A program made the translations under genes and the position numbers. Positions 9,973 through 20,122 of a stretch of 64,000 nt of DNA are shown one piece after another; positions within the stretch are counted from its first letter, which is position 1, and each line of letters opens with the position of its first letter. The stretch covers positions 549,943 through 613,942 of the forward strand of contig CAVQUB010000015.1 of NCBI GenBank assembly GCA_963716725.1, written 5' to 3'. The notes under the pieces were generated by a model. That model did not search any database, was not told the DNA's origin, and saw only the letters and a list, made by a program, of their open reading frames with translations. This stretch comes from an uncultured delta proteobacterium. GTDB taxonomy: Bacteria > Myxococcota_A > Polyangia > Polyangiales > Polyangiaceae.

Positions 9973-10776
9973 TCAGCGCGGCGCCGCCAGGAACGCCACC
10001 AGCGCCCGGTTGTACTCTGCCGCGTGGCTCAGGTTCACGATGTGACCGGCCCCCGGGATCTCGACCAGGTTCGCGCCGGGGATCAGCCGACCCAGAGCGC
10101 GGCAGGCCCCCAGCGACGGAAGGTCCTCGGCGCCGACGATCACCAAAGTCGGGATGGCGAGCTCGGTCAGCCCCGTCATGTCGTTCGGTGCCGGCTGCTG
10201 GGCGATCAGCTCACGCAATACGTGGACCAGCGCGTGGGGACGATGTTCGAGGAAGCCGCTCTTGATCAGATCCGCGGTCCTTGCATCGAAACGGCCCCAG
10301 ATCAGCTCCTGCCCGGCAGCCTCGAGGCCCCGCGCTTCGATGGCATCGGCGAAGCCGCGGGCCCAGGGCACGTGAGCCGGCTCGTCCACCGCCCGGGGAA
10401 ACGCCGACAGCACCAGGCCGGACACGCGCTCGGAGTGCTCGAGAGCGAAGCGCAGCGCGATGCCCGCTCCCATGCTGAGCCCACCGACCACGGCGCGTTC
10501 GGTGTCGAAGGCGTCGAGCACGGCCCCGAGATCTGCGACGAAGAGCTCGGGCTGGTAGGCCGCGGCAGGCTCCGGCGCGTCGCTGCGCGCGTGCCCGCGG
10601 GCATCGAACAGGACCACGCGATGGTTCGCGGCCAGAGCGCGAGCTTGCGGACGGAAGTTGCGAGCGCTGCCGCCGAAGCCGTGGCCGAGCACGACGCAAG
10701 GGCCACGATTACCCCAACACTCGGCGAAGATCGCGACCTCGCCGGACAGTACCCGGACGCTCCTCGGCGCGCTCAA
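9973..10776 (-). CDS. alpha/beta-fold hydrolase
   Basis: HGFGG, DARGHARS, nucleophile GLSMG, GAED, GAGH; TTG start overlaps the upstream stop. Confidence 0.85.
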   Translation of the reverse strand: MSAPRSVRVLSGEVAIFAECWGNRGPCVVLGHGFGGSARNFRPQARALAANHRVVLFDARGHARSDAPEPAAAYQPELFVADLGAVLDAFDTERAVVGGLSMGAGIALRFALEHSERVSGLVLSAFPRAVDEPAHVPWARGFADAIEARGLEAAGQELIWGRFDARTADLIKSGFLEHRPHALVHVLRELIAQQPAPNDMTGLTELAIPTLVIVGAEDLPSLGACRALGRLIPGANLVEIPGAGHIVNLSHAAEYNRALVAFLAAPR

Positions 10777-11933
10777 AGCGCCGCCTCGTAGAGCGCCAGC
10801 ACGTCGTTCTGATCTGGAAAGCGCGGGGTGCCGGTGAGAACGGTGTCGGCCATGGCGTCGTCGACCAGGGTCGCGCAGAGCGCGCGCTCGACGCCCAAAG
10901 CGCCCGCGCGCTGACCGAGGCCCACCCGAACACTGATCTGTTCGACCGCAGCGATGGCGCGGTGGGCGTTCTCCGCGTCACTCACCCCGGGCGCTGCGAC
11001 CCCCAGCGCGATGGCCACCTGGGCGTAACGGGCCTCCGCGATGGCGAAATTGAAGCGCATCACGTGGGGCAAAAAGGTCGCCAGCGCCCGCCCGTGAGCC
11101 ACGTCGAGGCGGACCGTGAGCGGATGGGCCATGGCGTGACAGAGTCCCAGCCCCGAGCTGCCCGCCGCGAGCCCCGCCAGGTGCGCGGCCAGCAACATCT
11201 GGCCGCGGGCCTCGACGTCGGCGCCTGAATCGTAGGCCTTCGGCAAGAAGCTACCCAGGGCAGCCAACGCGCGGAGCGCCAGGGCATCCGAGTAAGGGTT
11301 GTTCCGGTTGCTCGTGATGGCCTCGACGGCGTGCGCCAGCGCGTCCATGCCGCTGGCAGCCGTGATCTCCTGCGGCACCGCGGTGCCGAGCTCGGGATCG
11401 AGCATCACGCATTTGGGCTGCACACTGGGGTGCCCCAGCGGGAACAGACGCTGAGTCCGCGGCTCGAGCAGGTGAGCGATCATGTTCGTCTCCGAGCCAC
11501 TGCCGGCGGTGGTCGGGACCGCGATCACGGGCATGCCCGCGCGGGTCGGGCGGCAGCCGGGCGGATAGTCGCTCACGTTGCCGCCGTTGGTCGCCACCAG
11601 GGCGACGGCCTTGGCCGTATCCATGACCGACCCGCCGCCGACGGCGAGCAGCAGCGAGTCGGGTTCGCTCCTCGCCCGCGCCAGCAGCGTGGCGATCCGG
11701 TCGGCGCAGGGGATCCGCCGCTGGGTCGCTGAGACCTCCACCGCGATGGCGTCGGCCTCGAGCACGGCGCGGATCTTGTGGATGACGCCGGCGAGTTCGA
11801 CGCCGGGATCGGTCACCACGATCACGCGCTTGCGTTCGAGCGCACGTACGGCGCGCGGCAGCTTCTCGACGGAGCCGCAGCCGAAGTGCGCGTGAACGCC
11901 AGATCCAATTTCGAAGACGGATTCGCTCAGCAT
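10773..11933 (-). CDS. iron-containing alcohol dehydrogenase
   Basis: GGGSVMDTAK, PTTAGSGSE, DALAHAVEA, CHAMAH, AHG metal ligands. Confidence 0.92.
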   Translation of the reverse strand: MLSESVFEIGSGVHAHFGCGSVEKLPRAVRALERKRVIVVTDPGVELAGVIHKIRAVLEADAIAVEVSATQRRIPCADRIATLLARARSEPDSLLLAVGGGSVMDTAKAVALVATNGGNVSDYPPGCRPTRAGMPVIAVPTTAGSGSETNMIAHLLEPRTQRLFPLGHPSVQPKCVMLDPELGTAVPQEITAASGMDALAHAVEAITSNRNNPYSDALALRALAALGSFLPKAYDSGADVEARGQMLLAAHLAGLAAGSSGLGLCHAMAHPLTVRLDVAHGRALATFLPHVMRFNFAIAEARYAQVAIALGVAAPGVSDAENAHRAIAAVEQISVRVGLGQRAGALGVERALCATLVDDAMADTVLTGTPRFPDQNDVLALYEAAL

Positions 11934-11998
11934 CTGCTGCGACCCCGAGACGGTAGCAGAGCCACCGACCCAGAGGGGCGCTTCGCGCGATACGCCTC

Positions 11999-12027
11999 TT
12001 GACCCCAGCCGGCGCCGTCTTTACGAC
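11999..12027 (+). promoter_or_regulatory. putative sigma70-type promoter of the helicase gene
   Basis: TTGACC - 17 nt - TACGAC, 15 nt upstream of ATG 12043. Confidence 0.35.
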
Positions 12028-12042
12028 CGCAGCCCTCCGAAC

Positions 12043-14149
12043 ATGCCCGAGCCGAAGCTGAATCCGCCGCAGCGCGCCGCCGTGACCACGCTTTCGGGGC
12101 CGCTTCTGGTGCTCGCCGGCGCGGGCACGGGCAAGACCCGGGTCATCACCTTTCGCATCGCAGCGCTGATCCAGAGCGGCATCCAGCCCAGCCGAATCTT
12201 GGCCGTCACCTTCACCAACAAGGCCGCGCGCGAGATGAAGGATCGCGCCATGGCGCTGATCAAGACGGGGCGTCGACGCGGGAAGGAAGGCCCGGAGATC
12301 TCCACCTTCCACTCGCTCTGCGTCCGTGTGCTGCGCCGTCACGCAGAAAAGCTGGGCTATCCCAAGCGAGTTTTCCATCTACGACCGCGGAGACCAAGAG
12401 TCCGTCGCACGCTCGGCCTTGCGCGACATCCGGGTCGGACACGAGACGCTTCGGCCCGGCGATCTGCTGCACGCCATCGGCGGCTGGAAGAGCGCTTCGG
12501 TGGCGCCAAACGCCGCCGAAGAGGGCGCCGAAGACGACAAGAAGCAGCTCGCTGCCCTGGCTTATCGTCGCTACCAGGATCACCTGCGCGCGAGCGGGGC
12601 CGTCGACTTCGACGATCTACTGCTCAAGACCGAGGAGCTTTTTGACCGCTTTCCCGAGGCTCGCTTCGCCGAGGCCACCCGCTTCGATCACCTCTTGATC
12701 GACGAGTACCAGGACACCAACGGCCTCCAGTACCGCATCGTCAAGGCGCTGGCGGACCGCCACCGCAACCTGTGCGTGGTGGGCGACGACGACCAGTCGA
12801 TCTACGGCTGGCGCGGCGCCGAGGTCACGCACATCCTCAGCTTTCAGCGCGACTGGCCCGAGGCGAAGGTGGTGCGACTCGAGGACAACTACCGCTCCCG
12901 GGCTCCGATTTTCGCCCTGGCCAACACGCTGATCGCTCACAACTCCACCCGGCACGACAAGGTGCTCCGGCCCTCGCGCGAGGGCGGCGAGGCGCCACGC
13001 TTCATTCGATTCGAAGACGAGACCTCCGAGGCCGAGAGCGTGGTGCGCGAGATCGAGCGACGCGTCGACACCGAGAACCCCGAGCGTGTGACGCCCAGCG
13101 ACATCGCCATCTTGTTTCGCACCAACGAGCAGCCGCGGGCCTTCGAGCTCGAAATGCGACGCGCCCGCGTTCCGTACCTGCTGGTCGGCGGCCTGTCCTT
13201 CTACGACCGCAAGGAGGTCCGTGACGTACTGGCCTACCTCAAGGTGCTGGCCAACCCGTCGGACGAGGTCTCGCTGCTTCGGATCTTGAACACGCCGCCG
13301 CGGGGCATCGGCGCCAGCACCGTCGAGACCCTGCTCGAGCAAGCGGTCTCTGCGGGGCAGCCGCTGTGGAAGGTGCTGCCGGAGGCGGTCGAGAGCGGCG
13401 ATATTGCCCACCACGCCGGCGAGCGCATCGAGGCATTTCGCGGGATGATCGAGGGCTATCGTGCGCGACTCGGCGCCGAGCCCCTGGCGGAGGTGGTGAA
13501 GGACCTGATCGCGACCGTCAACTACAAGAGCGAGATCGAGCGGATCTACAAGAACTCCGGCGACGTCGAGTCGCGCTGGCACTCCATCGAGGAGCTGGTC
13601 AACGCGGTGGCTCAGTACGAGAGCCGGACCCCGGAGGCCTCGCTGCTGGGCTTTCTCGAAGAATCCACGCTGGCAGGGCGCGAGGACTTCAAAGACAACG
13701 ACAAAGAGCGCAAGGCCCACGCGGTGACGTTGATGACGATGCACAGCGCCAAGGGGCTCGAGTTCCCCCACGTCTACATGGTCGGCATGGAAGAGGGGCT
13801 CTTGCCCCACTCACGCTCGATCGTCGACGGCCGCAGCATCGACGAGGAGCGACGCCTCTGCTACGTCGGCGTCACGCGCGCTCGGGAGACGCTGACCTTG
13901 ACCCTGTGCAAGGCGCGCATGAAGTGGGGCAAGGCTCGGCCGCAGATCCCGAGCCGTTTCTTGATGGAAATGCGGGGGGAGACCGAGAAGGCCAAGCGCG
14001 CGGCTGAGGCGGCGGAGAAGCTCTTCCGTGGCGAGGGCCCGGGCGGTTCACGCGACGCGACGCCTGGAGACGCGGCGGACGCAAAGCCCGCTCCGAGCAA
14101 GAAGAAACGTGGCAAGACCGGCGCGGCGACGCGCCGAGCGAGGGGGTGA
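12043..14149 (+). CDS. UvrD/PcrA/Rep SF1 DNA helicase, split by one frameshift near 12366
   Basis: Frame 1 carries LNPPQ, LAGAGTGKT, TFTNKAA, TFHSLC; frame 2 carries IDEYQDTN, VGDDDQSIYGWRGA, NYRS, TMHSAKGLEF, EERRLCYVGVTRA. Confidence 0.92.
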
Positions 14150-14153
14150 GACC

Positions 14154-14816
14154 ATGAGTGTTTCAGTAGTCACAGGCGCAAATCGCGGGATCGGGCTCGA
14201 GCTCGCTGGGCAGTTGAAGGCCCGCGGGGCGGACGTCGTAGCGGTCTGTCGCAAGTCGTCCCCAGGGCTCGACGCCTTGGGAGTTCGTGTCGAGGCCGGC
14301 CTCGATCTCGCAGGCCCGGACTTCGAGGCAGAGCTCGCGCGGCGCTTCGCGGGGGACGAGATCGAACTGTTGATCCAGAATGCGGGCGTGCTGATCGCCG
14401 ACGCTCTCGGTGATGCGAGCCGCGAGCAGGTGATGAAGCAGATCGAAATCAACGCGCTCGGCCCCCTCTTGGCGACGCGGGCGCTCTTGCCGCGCATGTC
14501 GGAGGGCGCCAAGGTCGCGCTGATCACCAGTCGCATGGGATCCATCGCCGACAACGACTCGGGCGGATACTACGGTTATCGCATGAGCAAGGCCGCTCTG
14601 AACGCGGCGGGCATGTCCCTGGCGCGGGATCTGGCGCCCAAGGGGATCGCCGTGGTGACGCTGCATCCAGGCTTCGTGCGCACGGAGATGACCGGCAACC
14701 AGGGGCTGATCGACGCCGCAGAGTCCGCCCGAGGGCTCTTGGCGCGGATCGACGAGCTTCGCCTGGAGAACACCGGGCGCTTCCTGCATCAAAACGGTGA
14801 CGAAATCCCGTGGTGA
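14154..14816 (+). CDS. short-chain dehydrogenase/reductase, CsgA (C-factor)-like
   Basis: TGANRGIG, NAG, SRMGS, YRMSKAALN, HPGFVRTEM, C-terminal EIPW. Confidence 0.88.
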   Translation: MSVSVVTGANRGIGLELAGQLKARGADVVAVCRKSSPGLDALGVRVEAGLDLAGPDFEAELARRFAGDEIELLIQNAGVLIADALGDASREQVMKQIEINALGPLLATRALLPRMSEGAKVALITSRMGSIADNDSGGYYGYRMSKAALNAAGMSLARDLAPKGIAVVTLHPGFVRTEMTGNQGLIDAAESARGLLARIDELRLENTGRFLHQNGDEIPW

Positions 14817-15784
14817 GCCGACGGGTCGAGCTCAGCGACGTCGGGCGCCACCTGCTGGTGGCGGGGCTTTGGGTCGCCGCCTTTCTCCTGTTTTCCAGGT
14901 ACGGGGCGCGACTCGTGCCGGTCTCGCTGGCGCGCAACCTGAGTCTTCAGGGCTATCTCACCGTGTTGCAGCTCGTCACGGCTGCCCTCGGCATCGCCCT
15001 GAGCGCCGTGCTCTTGGAGCGACCGCGGGACGCGCTCGGGATCGCTCCGGTGCCGCTCCGCCGCGCGCTGGGGCTCCTGCTGATCGGGCCGGCCATCTAC
15101 GTGATCGCGAGCTACGTGGCGATCTACGTGGCGCTGCCGACGCTGCTCGCTGAGATCGCGGCGCGGGGTCGCCAGGCGGTCCAAGAGTCCACCGGTGAGT
15201 TCGGACGCCAGCTCGCCTCCTCCGGGCTCGGCCTCGCCGTCGTCTGGGGCGTGGTGGTGTCGCCCCTGGCCGAAGAGCTGATGTTCCGCGGAGCCCTGTG
15301 GTCTGCCGTGCAGAGCCTGGTCGACTTCAGCCGGGGACGCCGGGCCGCCGCTGACTCCGCGCCCAGCTCCGCGGACTTGCCCGAAGGCGTGATCGCGCCG
15401 AGCGCGACCCTGTACCTCGCGAGCTCGGTGGGCGCGTTCTTCGTCACCGGCGGCGTGGCAACCTTCGCCAGCGCCGGCGTCTTTGCCCTGATGCACGCCG
15501 ACGTGCCCGGCGGATTGGGCATCGTGCGCTGGGTCAGCGCCCTGGGCCTGGGGCTCGCCACCGGGTTTGCTCGTCACTTCGCCTCGTCTCTGGCCGCTCC
15601 GATCCTGATCCACGCGGCGTTCAACGCCTGCGCCCTGGCAACCACGCGTCGCTGGTTGGTCACCGAGAGCTTTGGCCAGAAGCTCGGCGTTCCCATCTTG
15701 CTCTCCGCGCTGGCGGTCGGATGCCTGATCGCAGCCGCCGCGGTCACCTTCGCGTTCAGGGCCCGACCAGGCCGAGCTTCCTGA
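14810..15784 (+). CDS. CPBP/Abi (CAAX-protease-like) intramembrane metalloprotease
   Basis: EELMFRG, FALMH, HAAFN motifs and multiple TM helices. Confidence 0.85.
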   Translation: MVSRRVELSDVGRHLLVAGLWVAAFLLFSRYGARLVPVSLARNLSLQGYLTVLQLVTAALGIALSAVLLERPRDALGIAPVPLRRALGLLLIGPAIYVIASYVAIYVALPTLLAEIAARGRQAVQESTGEFGRQLASSGLGLAVVWGVVVSPLAEELMFRGALWSAVQSLVDFSRGRRAAADSAPSSADLPEGVIAPSATLYLASSVGAFFVTGGVATFASAGVFALMHADVPGGLGIVRWVSALGLGLATGFARHFASSLAAPILIHAAFNACALATTRRWLVTESFGQKLGVPILLSALAVGCLIAAAAVTFAFRARPGRAS

Positions 15785-16766
15785 TCACTACGTCGCCCAC
15801 CAAGCCCAGCACGTAGAGCACGCCGAAGCGTCGCGTGTGGTGGAAGGCAAATGCCACGAACCACAGCGGCCAGACGTTGGGCGGCAGCTCCGGGGGCGGC
15901 TCCTTGGGGCGACGTGAAGCGTAGGCCTTGAGCGCCAGACGCAGCGCCGGCAGCGCCCCGAGCACCAGCAAGAGCACCGGCGAAAAGTAACGCGTCACCA
16001 CCAGGGCGACGACGAGCCCGTACTGAGAGAGCAGCATGGCCACGGTGGTGGCGCGTGACAGGCGCTCGCCGAGCAAGACCGGCAGCGTGCGGATGCGCTT
16101 GGCCCGGTCGGCTTCGAGCTTGTCGATGTGCTTGCCGAAGAGCACCGCGGTCGCCCCCAGCGCGAAGGGCAGGCTCGCCAGCACGACCTGCCAGTCGAAG
16201 CGCCCGGCGACCACGTAGTAGGTGCCGCCGACCATCAGCGGTCCCCACACCACCAACACCGCCGGCTCCCCCATGCCGATGTACTTCAGGGGCCAGGTGT
16301 AGAAGAGCACGAAGAAGATGCCGACCAAGAACAGCGTCAGCGTGATCTGTCCGCGCTGCGCCACCAGGTAGGTGCCCGCTGCCAGCGCCACGAGCCCGGT
16401 CCCGGCGGCGTACTTGATCACCTGGCCGATGGTCATCAAGCCGTGCTCGAGGGGCTGCGGCCCGTACTGGGTCCGGAAGTAGTTGTCCTTGTCCACGCCC
16501 TTCTTGTGGTCGGTCAGGTCGTTGACCAGGTTGTTGGTGGCGTGGGCGAAGGCGAGCCCGAGGGTGCACGCGCCCCAGAGCGCTGCGTCGAAGCGCCCGT
16601 CGCGGTAGGCCAAGAGCCCCGCGATGCCCGCGGCGATCACGGTCATGATGATCACCGCGGAGCGCGTGGCGATCAGCCAACGGCTCACGAAGTCGAGTTC
16701 GGCCCACTCTTCTTTGCTGACGCGCGGTATGACCGACAGCGCGCGCCCCCACATGGCGACGTTCAT
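15756..16766 (-). CDS. UbiA-family prenyltransferase (MenA-like)
   Basis: NLVNDLTDHKKGVD and HIDKLEADRAKRIRTL Asp-rich motifs; multiple TM helices. Confidence 0.85.
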   Translation of the reverse strand: MNVAMWGRALSVIPRVSKEEWAELDFVSRWLIATRSAVIIMTVIAAGIAGLLAYRDGRFDAALWGACTLGLAFAHATNNLVNDLTDHKKGVDKDNYFRTQYGPQPLEHGLMTIGQVIKYAAGTGLVALAAGTYLVAQRGQITLTLFLVGIFFVLFYTWPLKYIGMGEPAVLVVWGPLMVGGTYYVVAGRFDWQVVLASLPFALGATAVLFGKHIDKLEADRAKRIRTLPVLLGERLSRATTVAMLLSQYGLVVALVVTRYFSPVLLLVLGALPALRLALKAYASRRPKEPPPELPPNVWPLWFVAFAFHHTRRFGVLYVLGLVGDVVIRKLGLVGP

Positions 16767-16779
16767 CGCGGGATATTCC

Positions 16780-17289
16780 TCACAGCCGGTCGAGCTCGGC
16801 GTCGATCTGGTCGTCGTAGGCGTCCCGGCCGCGGGGCTTCTTCTGCTTGTCTTCCGCGAGCTGAGCGGCGCGATCCGCGACGGCGCGGCGGCGCCAGCGC
16901 AACAACATGAACACCGCGCCAATGCCGGCAGCGCCGAAACCGAGCGACAGAATCACGCCCACGTCTTTGAGCGGGTTGCCGGTCGGGACCGCCAGGATGC
17001 GATCGCCGTAGCGCCGGACGAAGTCGGCCTGAATAGCCTCTTGGGTCTCGCCAGCCTTGAGGCGGGTCCGGATTTCGCGACGGAGCTCGTTCGAGACCGG
17101 GGAGCCGTGGATGTCGAGGGTCTGGGTCCAGCAGCAGGGCGCGCGGATTCGACCCTCGATGGCCGACGCGCCCTCGACGACCTCGCTGAAGTCCGCCTTC
17201 GACGCTTCGCCGTGATCCTCGCCGGCCACGGCTCGGGCCGTCCCGAGCGCGAACGCCAGGACGAAGAGCGCGATGCGATGGCGAGCCAT
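16780..17289 (-). CDS. ccmH: cytochrome c biogenesis protein CcmH-like
   Basis: Signal peptide; IRAPCCWTQTL...S..LRREIR..L.AG...I...FVRRYGDRILAVP; C-terminal TM. Confidence 0.75.
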   Translation of the reverse strand: MARHRIALFVLAFALGTARAVAGEDHGEASKADFSEVVEGASAIEGRIRAPCCWTQTLDIHGSPVSNELRREIRTRLKAGETQEAIQADFVRRYGDRILAVPTGNPLKDVGVILSLGFGAAGIGAVFMLLRWRRRAVADRAAQLAEDKQKKPRGRDAYDDQIDAELDRL

Positions 17290-17379
17290 GGGCTGAATCT
17301 GGTGCGGTTGGCCCCCGCCGTCCAGGGCGATTCCGCCCGGGGCTTGCGCTCTCCCTCGCACGTGGGATAAGCCGCCGGC

Positions 17380-17916
17380 ATGTGCCACCGAGCATCGGCG
17401 TTGTTCGCGGTAGCAGTCCTGATCGCCTGCGAGTCCAACCCCCCGGCGCCGGCGGCCGAGACCACGCAGCCAGCGGCCGGGCCATCGGCGACCCCCGCAC
17501 CGTCTGCGGCCCCCACGCGCGTTACGAAGACCTACGGCGCACCGTTGGGCAACACCGCCGCGGTCGTCCTGGCCGACGTGCTCACGAAACCCGACGGTTT
17601 TCAGGGCAAGGACGTGGTCGTCGAAGGCGAGGTCCGCCGCGCCTGCTCCAAGAAGGGCTGCTGGATGGAGATTGCGGAGAGCTCCGGCGCCGACGCCCGG
17701 GGCGCGCGCGTCACCTTCAAGGACTACGGCTTCTTCGTGCCGCTCGACTCGGCCGGCGCCCACGCCAAGCTGCAAGGCGTGGTCGGCGTCGAACTCATGA
17801 AGAAGGGCCACGTCGAGCACCTGGAGGAAGAGGGCGCCAAGGTCGCCAACAAGAACCCCGACGGCACGGCGAAGGAAGTGCAGTTCGTCGCTTCGGGCGT
17901 CGAACTGACGAAGTGA
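17380..17916 (+). CDS. DUF4920-like lipoprotein
   Basis: Lipobox LIAC; VEGEV...CSKKGCWM; FKDYGFFVP; FVASGV. Confidence 0.75.
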   Translation: MCHRASALFAVAVLIACESNPPAPAAETTQPAAGPSATPAPSAAPTRVTKTYGAPLGNTAAVVLADVLTKPDGFQGKDVVVEGEVRRACSKKGCWMEIAESSGADARGARVTFKDYGFFVPLDSAGAHAKLQGVVGVELMKKGHVEHLEEEGAKVANKNPDGTAKEVQFVASGVELTK

Positions 17917-17917
17917 G

Positions 17918-18562
17918 TCAGAACTTGGGGATTCGCAGGGTCTTGCTGATCATGGCGCTGCCGCTGGCCAGGTAGATCAGCACCAGCGGGTGGAACTGCA
18001 ACCCAAAGACCACGACGTTCCCAAAGGGCAGCGCGGCGTGGATGCGGCCCTGCCACGCGAGGATGGCGAGCAGCAGCACGAGCGCTAGGCTGGTGGGGAT
18101 CGGCGTGCCTTCGAAGTGGGTCACCTTGCCGCTATCGTCGCTGAGCTGGGCGGCGGTCGCGTTGTAGCGCGCGAGGCGGCTGATGCCGCAGCCCACGAAG
18201 TACACGAGCACGATGGCGTCGACCCCTCCACGCATGCCGACCGCATAAGCGAGGACCGCCGGGGCGACGCCGAAGGACACCAGATCGGCCAAGGAGTCCA
18301 GATCCGCTCCCAAGAGCGAGTTCTTGCGCCGCCAGCGCGCGACCCGACCGTCGAGGAAGTCGAAGAGCATCGCGAAGGGCAAGAATGCGAACGCCGTCCA
18401 GAGAAAGCGTGCGTCTCGGGAGTCGAGGTATTCGAGAACCGACAGCACGCTGGCCATGCCCGAGAAGCCGTTGGCGAGGGTGATCAGATCCGCCAGCGAG
18501 AACTCGCGCAGCATGCTGAAGCGCCGGCGGGGCCGTTTCGGGCGGGGTGCATCGCTCGTCAC
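17918..18562 (-). CDS. pssA: CDP-diacylglycerol--serine O-phosphatidyltransferase
   Basis: DFLDGRVAR...LGADLDSLADLVSFGVAP, SRLARYN, FEGTPIP. Confidence 0.88.
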   Translation of the reverse strand: MTSDAPRPKRPRRRFSMLREFSLADLITLANGFSGMASVLSVLEYLDSRDARFLWTAFAFLPFAMLFDFLDGRVARWRRKNSLLGADLDSLADLVSFGVAPAVLAYAVGMRGGVDAIVLVYFVGCGISRLARYNATAAQLSDDSGKVTHFEGTPIPTSLALVLLLAILAWQGRIHAALPFGNVVVFGLQFHPLVLIYLASGSAMISKTLRIPKF

Positions 18563-18693
18563 CCCTCCCCTTCAGCACGCCGGACGACCGGCGAAAAGCC
18601 CCAAGAATCGCCCTCCTGGTCGGGCCCCTCCCGCCGAGGTCTGCCGGGGGGTTTCGCGGCAGCCGCGAGGTTGTGGTAGCGCTTCGAACCGCC

Positions 18694-19803
18694 ATGTCGA
18701 AGTCGTCGCTCGCGCTCGGGATCTTGCTCGTCGGCCTCTCGGTCGCGAGCCCGGGATTCGCCGCAGACAGGACCCACGTGGTCGCGGCCGGACACACCCT
18801 CGGCAAGATCGCGAAGCGCTACCGGGTGAGCATCGACGCCCTGTGCGAGGCCAACGGCATCGATCGACGCGCGCGGCTCAAGCCCGGCATGAAGCTGGTG
18901 ATCCCCGACCCGACGACCAAGGGCGATTCGAAAGAGGACGACGACTCAGCCGGCTCGGAGCCTGCTGAGGACACCGATGAGCCCGCGCCGCCGCCCAAGC
19001 CCCCCGCCGAGTCCAAGCCGAGCGACGAATCCAAGCCCAGCGACGAATCCAAGCCCAGCGACGAGAGCGCGGGCGCCAAGAACTTCGGGAACGACGGGCT
19101 CAAGATGCTCGACGTGCCTGGTCACGGTCCAGCGTACTTCTACGAACCCACGGGTCCGGGGCGCAAAGGTCTCAAGCCCGTGATCATGTACTTGCACGGG
19201 CGCGGCGGGAGCCCGCTGCGCGACTGTCGGCGCTGGGCGCCGGTCGCGCGACGCTTCGGTTGGTTGGTCTGCCCCAGCGGCCCCAGCGCCCATGGCGACG
19301 GTCGTGACTGGAGCAACAACTGGTACAGCGGGCAACAAGTCACGTTGGCGACCCTCAAGCAACTGCGCAAAGAGTACGGCCGGCGCGTTCAGCTCGTGGG
19401 CAATACCTTGGTCGGCTTCAGCGAGGGGGCGTACGTCGCGCTCAACGTCGGGGTGCGCGAACCGCGGACCTTCAACCGTTGGCTGATCCTGGCGGGCAAC
19501 ACCTCGTACTGGGGCGGCGCCGGTCTCGAGGAGCTGAAGAAGAACGCCGCGACGCTCAAGCGCGTGTATCTGATCACCGGTGAAGGCGACAGTGTGATCG
19601 AGGGCACCAAGCAGCTCCAGGACTGGCTGGATCGCCACAAAGTCGCGAACCGCGCCTCGACGCCCAAGGACATGGGCCACGAGGTAGCCCTCGAGAAGAA
19701 GGGCGCGATGTACCGCGCGGCCTTGCACTGGCTCGATCGCGGCGGCGGCGGCAAGACCAAGAAGGCTTCCGCCAAGAACAAGTCGGACGCCCGCAAGCGC
19801 TGA
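18694..19803 (+). CDS. secreted LysM + alpha/beta-hydrolase protein
   Basis: Signal peptide; LysM HVVAAGHTLGKIAKRY...NGI...LKPGMKLVIP; acidic linker with ESKPSD x3; LHGRGG, GFSEG, EGD, MGH. Confidence 0.8.
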   Translation: MSKSSLALGILLVGLSVASPGFAADRTHVVAAGHTLGKIAKRYRVSIDALCEANGIDRRARLKPGMKLVIPDPTTKGDSKEDDDSAGSEPAEDTDEPAPPPKPPAESKPSDESKPSDESKPSDESAGAKNFGNDGLKMLDVPGHGPAYFYEPTGPGRKGLKPVIMYLHGRGGSPLRDCRRWAPVARRFGWLVCPSGPSAHGDGRDWSNNWYSGQQVTLATLKQLRKEYGRRVQLVGNTLVGFSEGAYVALNVGVREPRTFNRWLILAGNTSYWGGAGLEELKKNAATLKRVYLITGEGDSVIEGTKQLQDWLDRHKVANRASTPKDMGHEVALEKKGAMYRAALHWLDRGGGGKTKKASAKNKSDARKR

Positions 19804-19805
19804 GA

Positions 19806-20087
19806 TCAGTGCCAGGCGGCGGCGGTCTTGACCGGCTGCCCGCTCTTGTCGTGCTCCATCAGCAGCTGCTCGGCGTGCTGCATGCAGCCGACGCAACTCG
19901 GGAAGCGTGAGCCGTGGTCACAGGTGAGGACCGTTGCCGTCGGCGGGGTGCCCGAGAACTCCGCTTGGTCGAGATGCCGACCGCAGGAGACGCAATGGAT
20001 GTGCTCCGAGTGGGTGTGGGGCCCCGGGCGGTGCGTCGGGTCTTGGGCTTTGCGTTCGCGTTTGGTGAGGCGCTTCTGACGTTTCAT
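19806..20087 (-). CDS. small Cys/His-rich hypothetical protein (possible zinc binder)
   Basis: Basic N-terminus; HIHCVSC, CDH, CVGC, HD; fills the gap between flanking genes. Confidence 0.65.
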   Translation of the reverse strand: MKRQKRLTKRERKAQDPTHRPGPHTHSEHIHCVSCGRHLDQAEFSGTPPTATVLTCDHGSRFPSCVGCMQHAEQLLMEHDKSGQPVKTAAAWH

Positions 20088-20122
20088 TGCGGGCCGCATC
20101 AGAGCCGAGCGACCGCGCACCG

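Noticed and set aside
7381..10791. Long antisense or alternative-frame ORFs (also 23723..26317, 38080..40524 and others)
   Set aside because: Shadow ORFs expected from high GC3 codon bias opposite real genes; no recognisable motifs.
12340..12390. Helicase frameshift as programmed recoding or pseudogenisation
   Set aside because: A single-base shift with no slippery heptamer and both halves intact; similar indels occur throughout the window, so sequencing error is more likely. Raw reads would decide.
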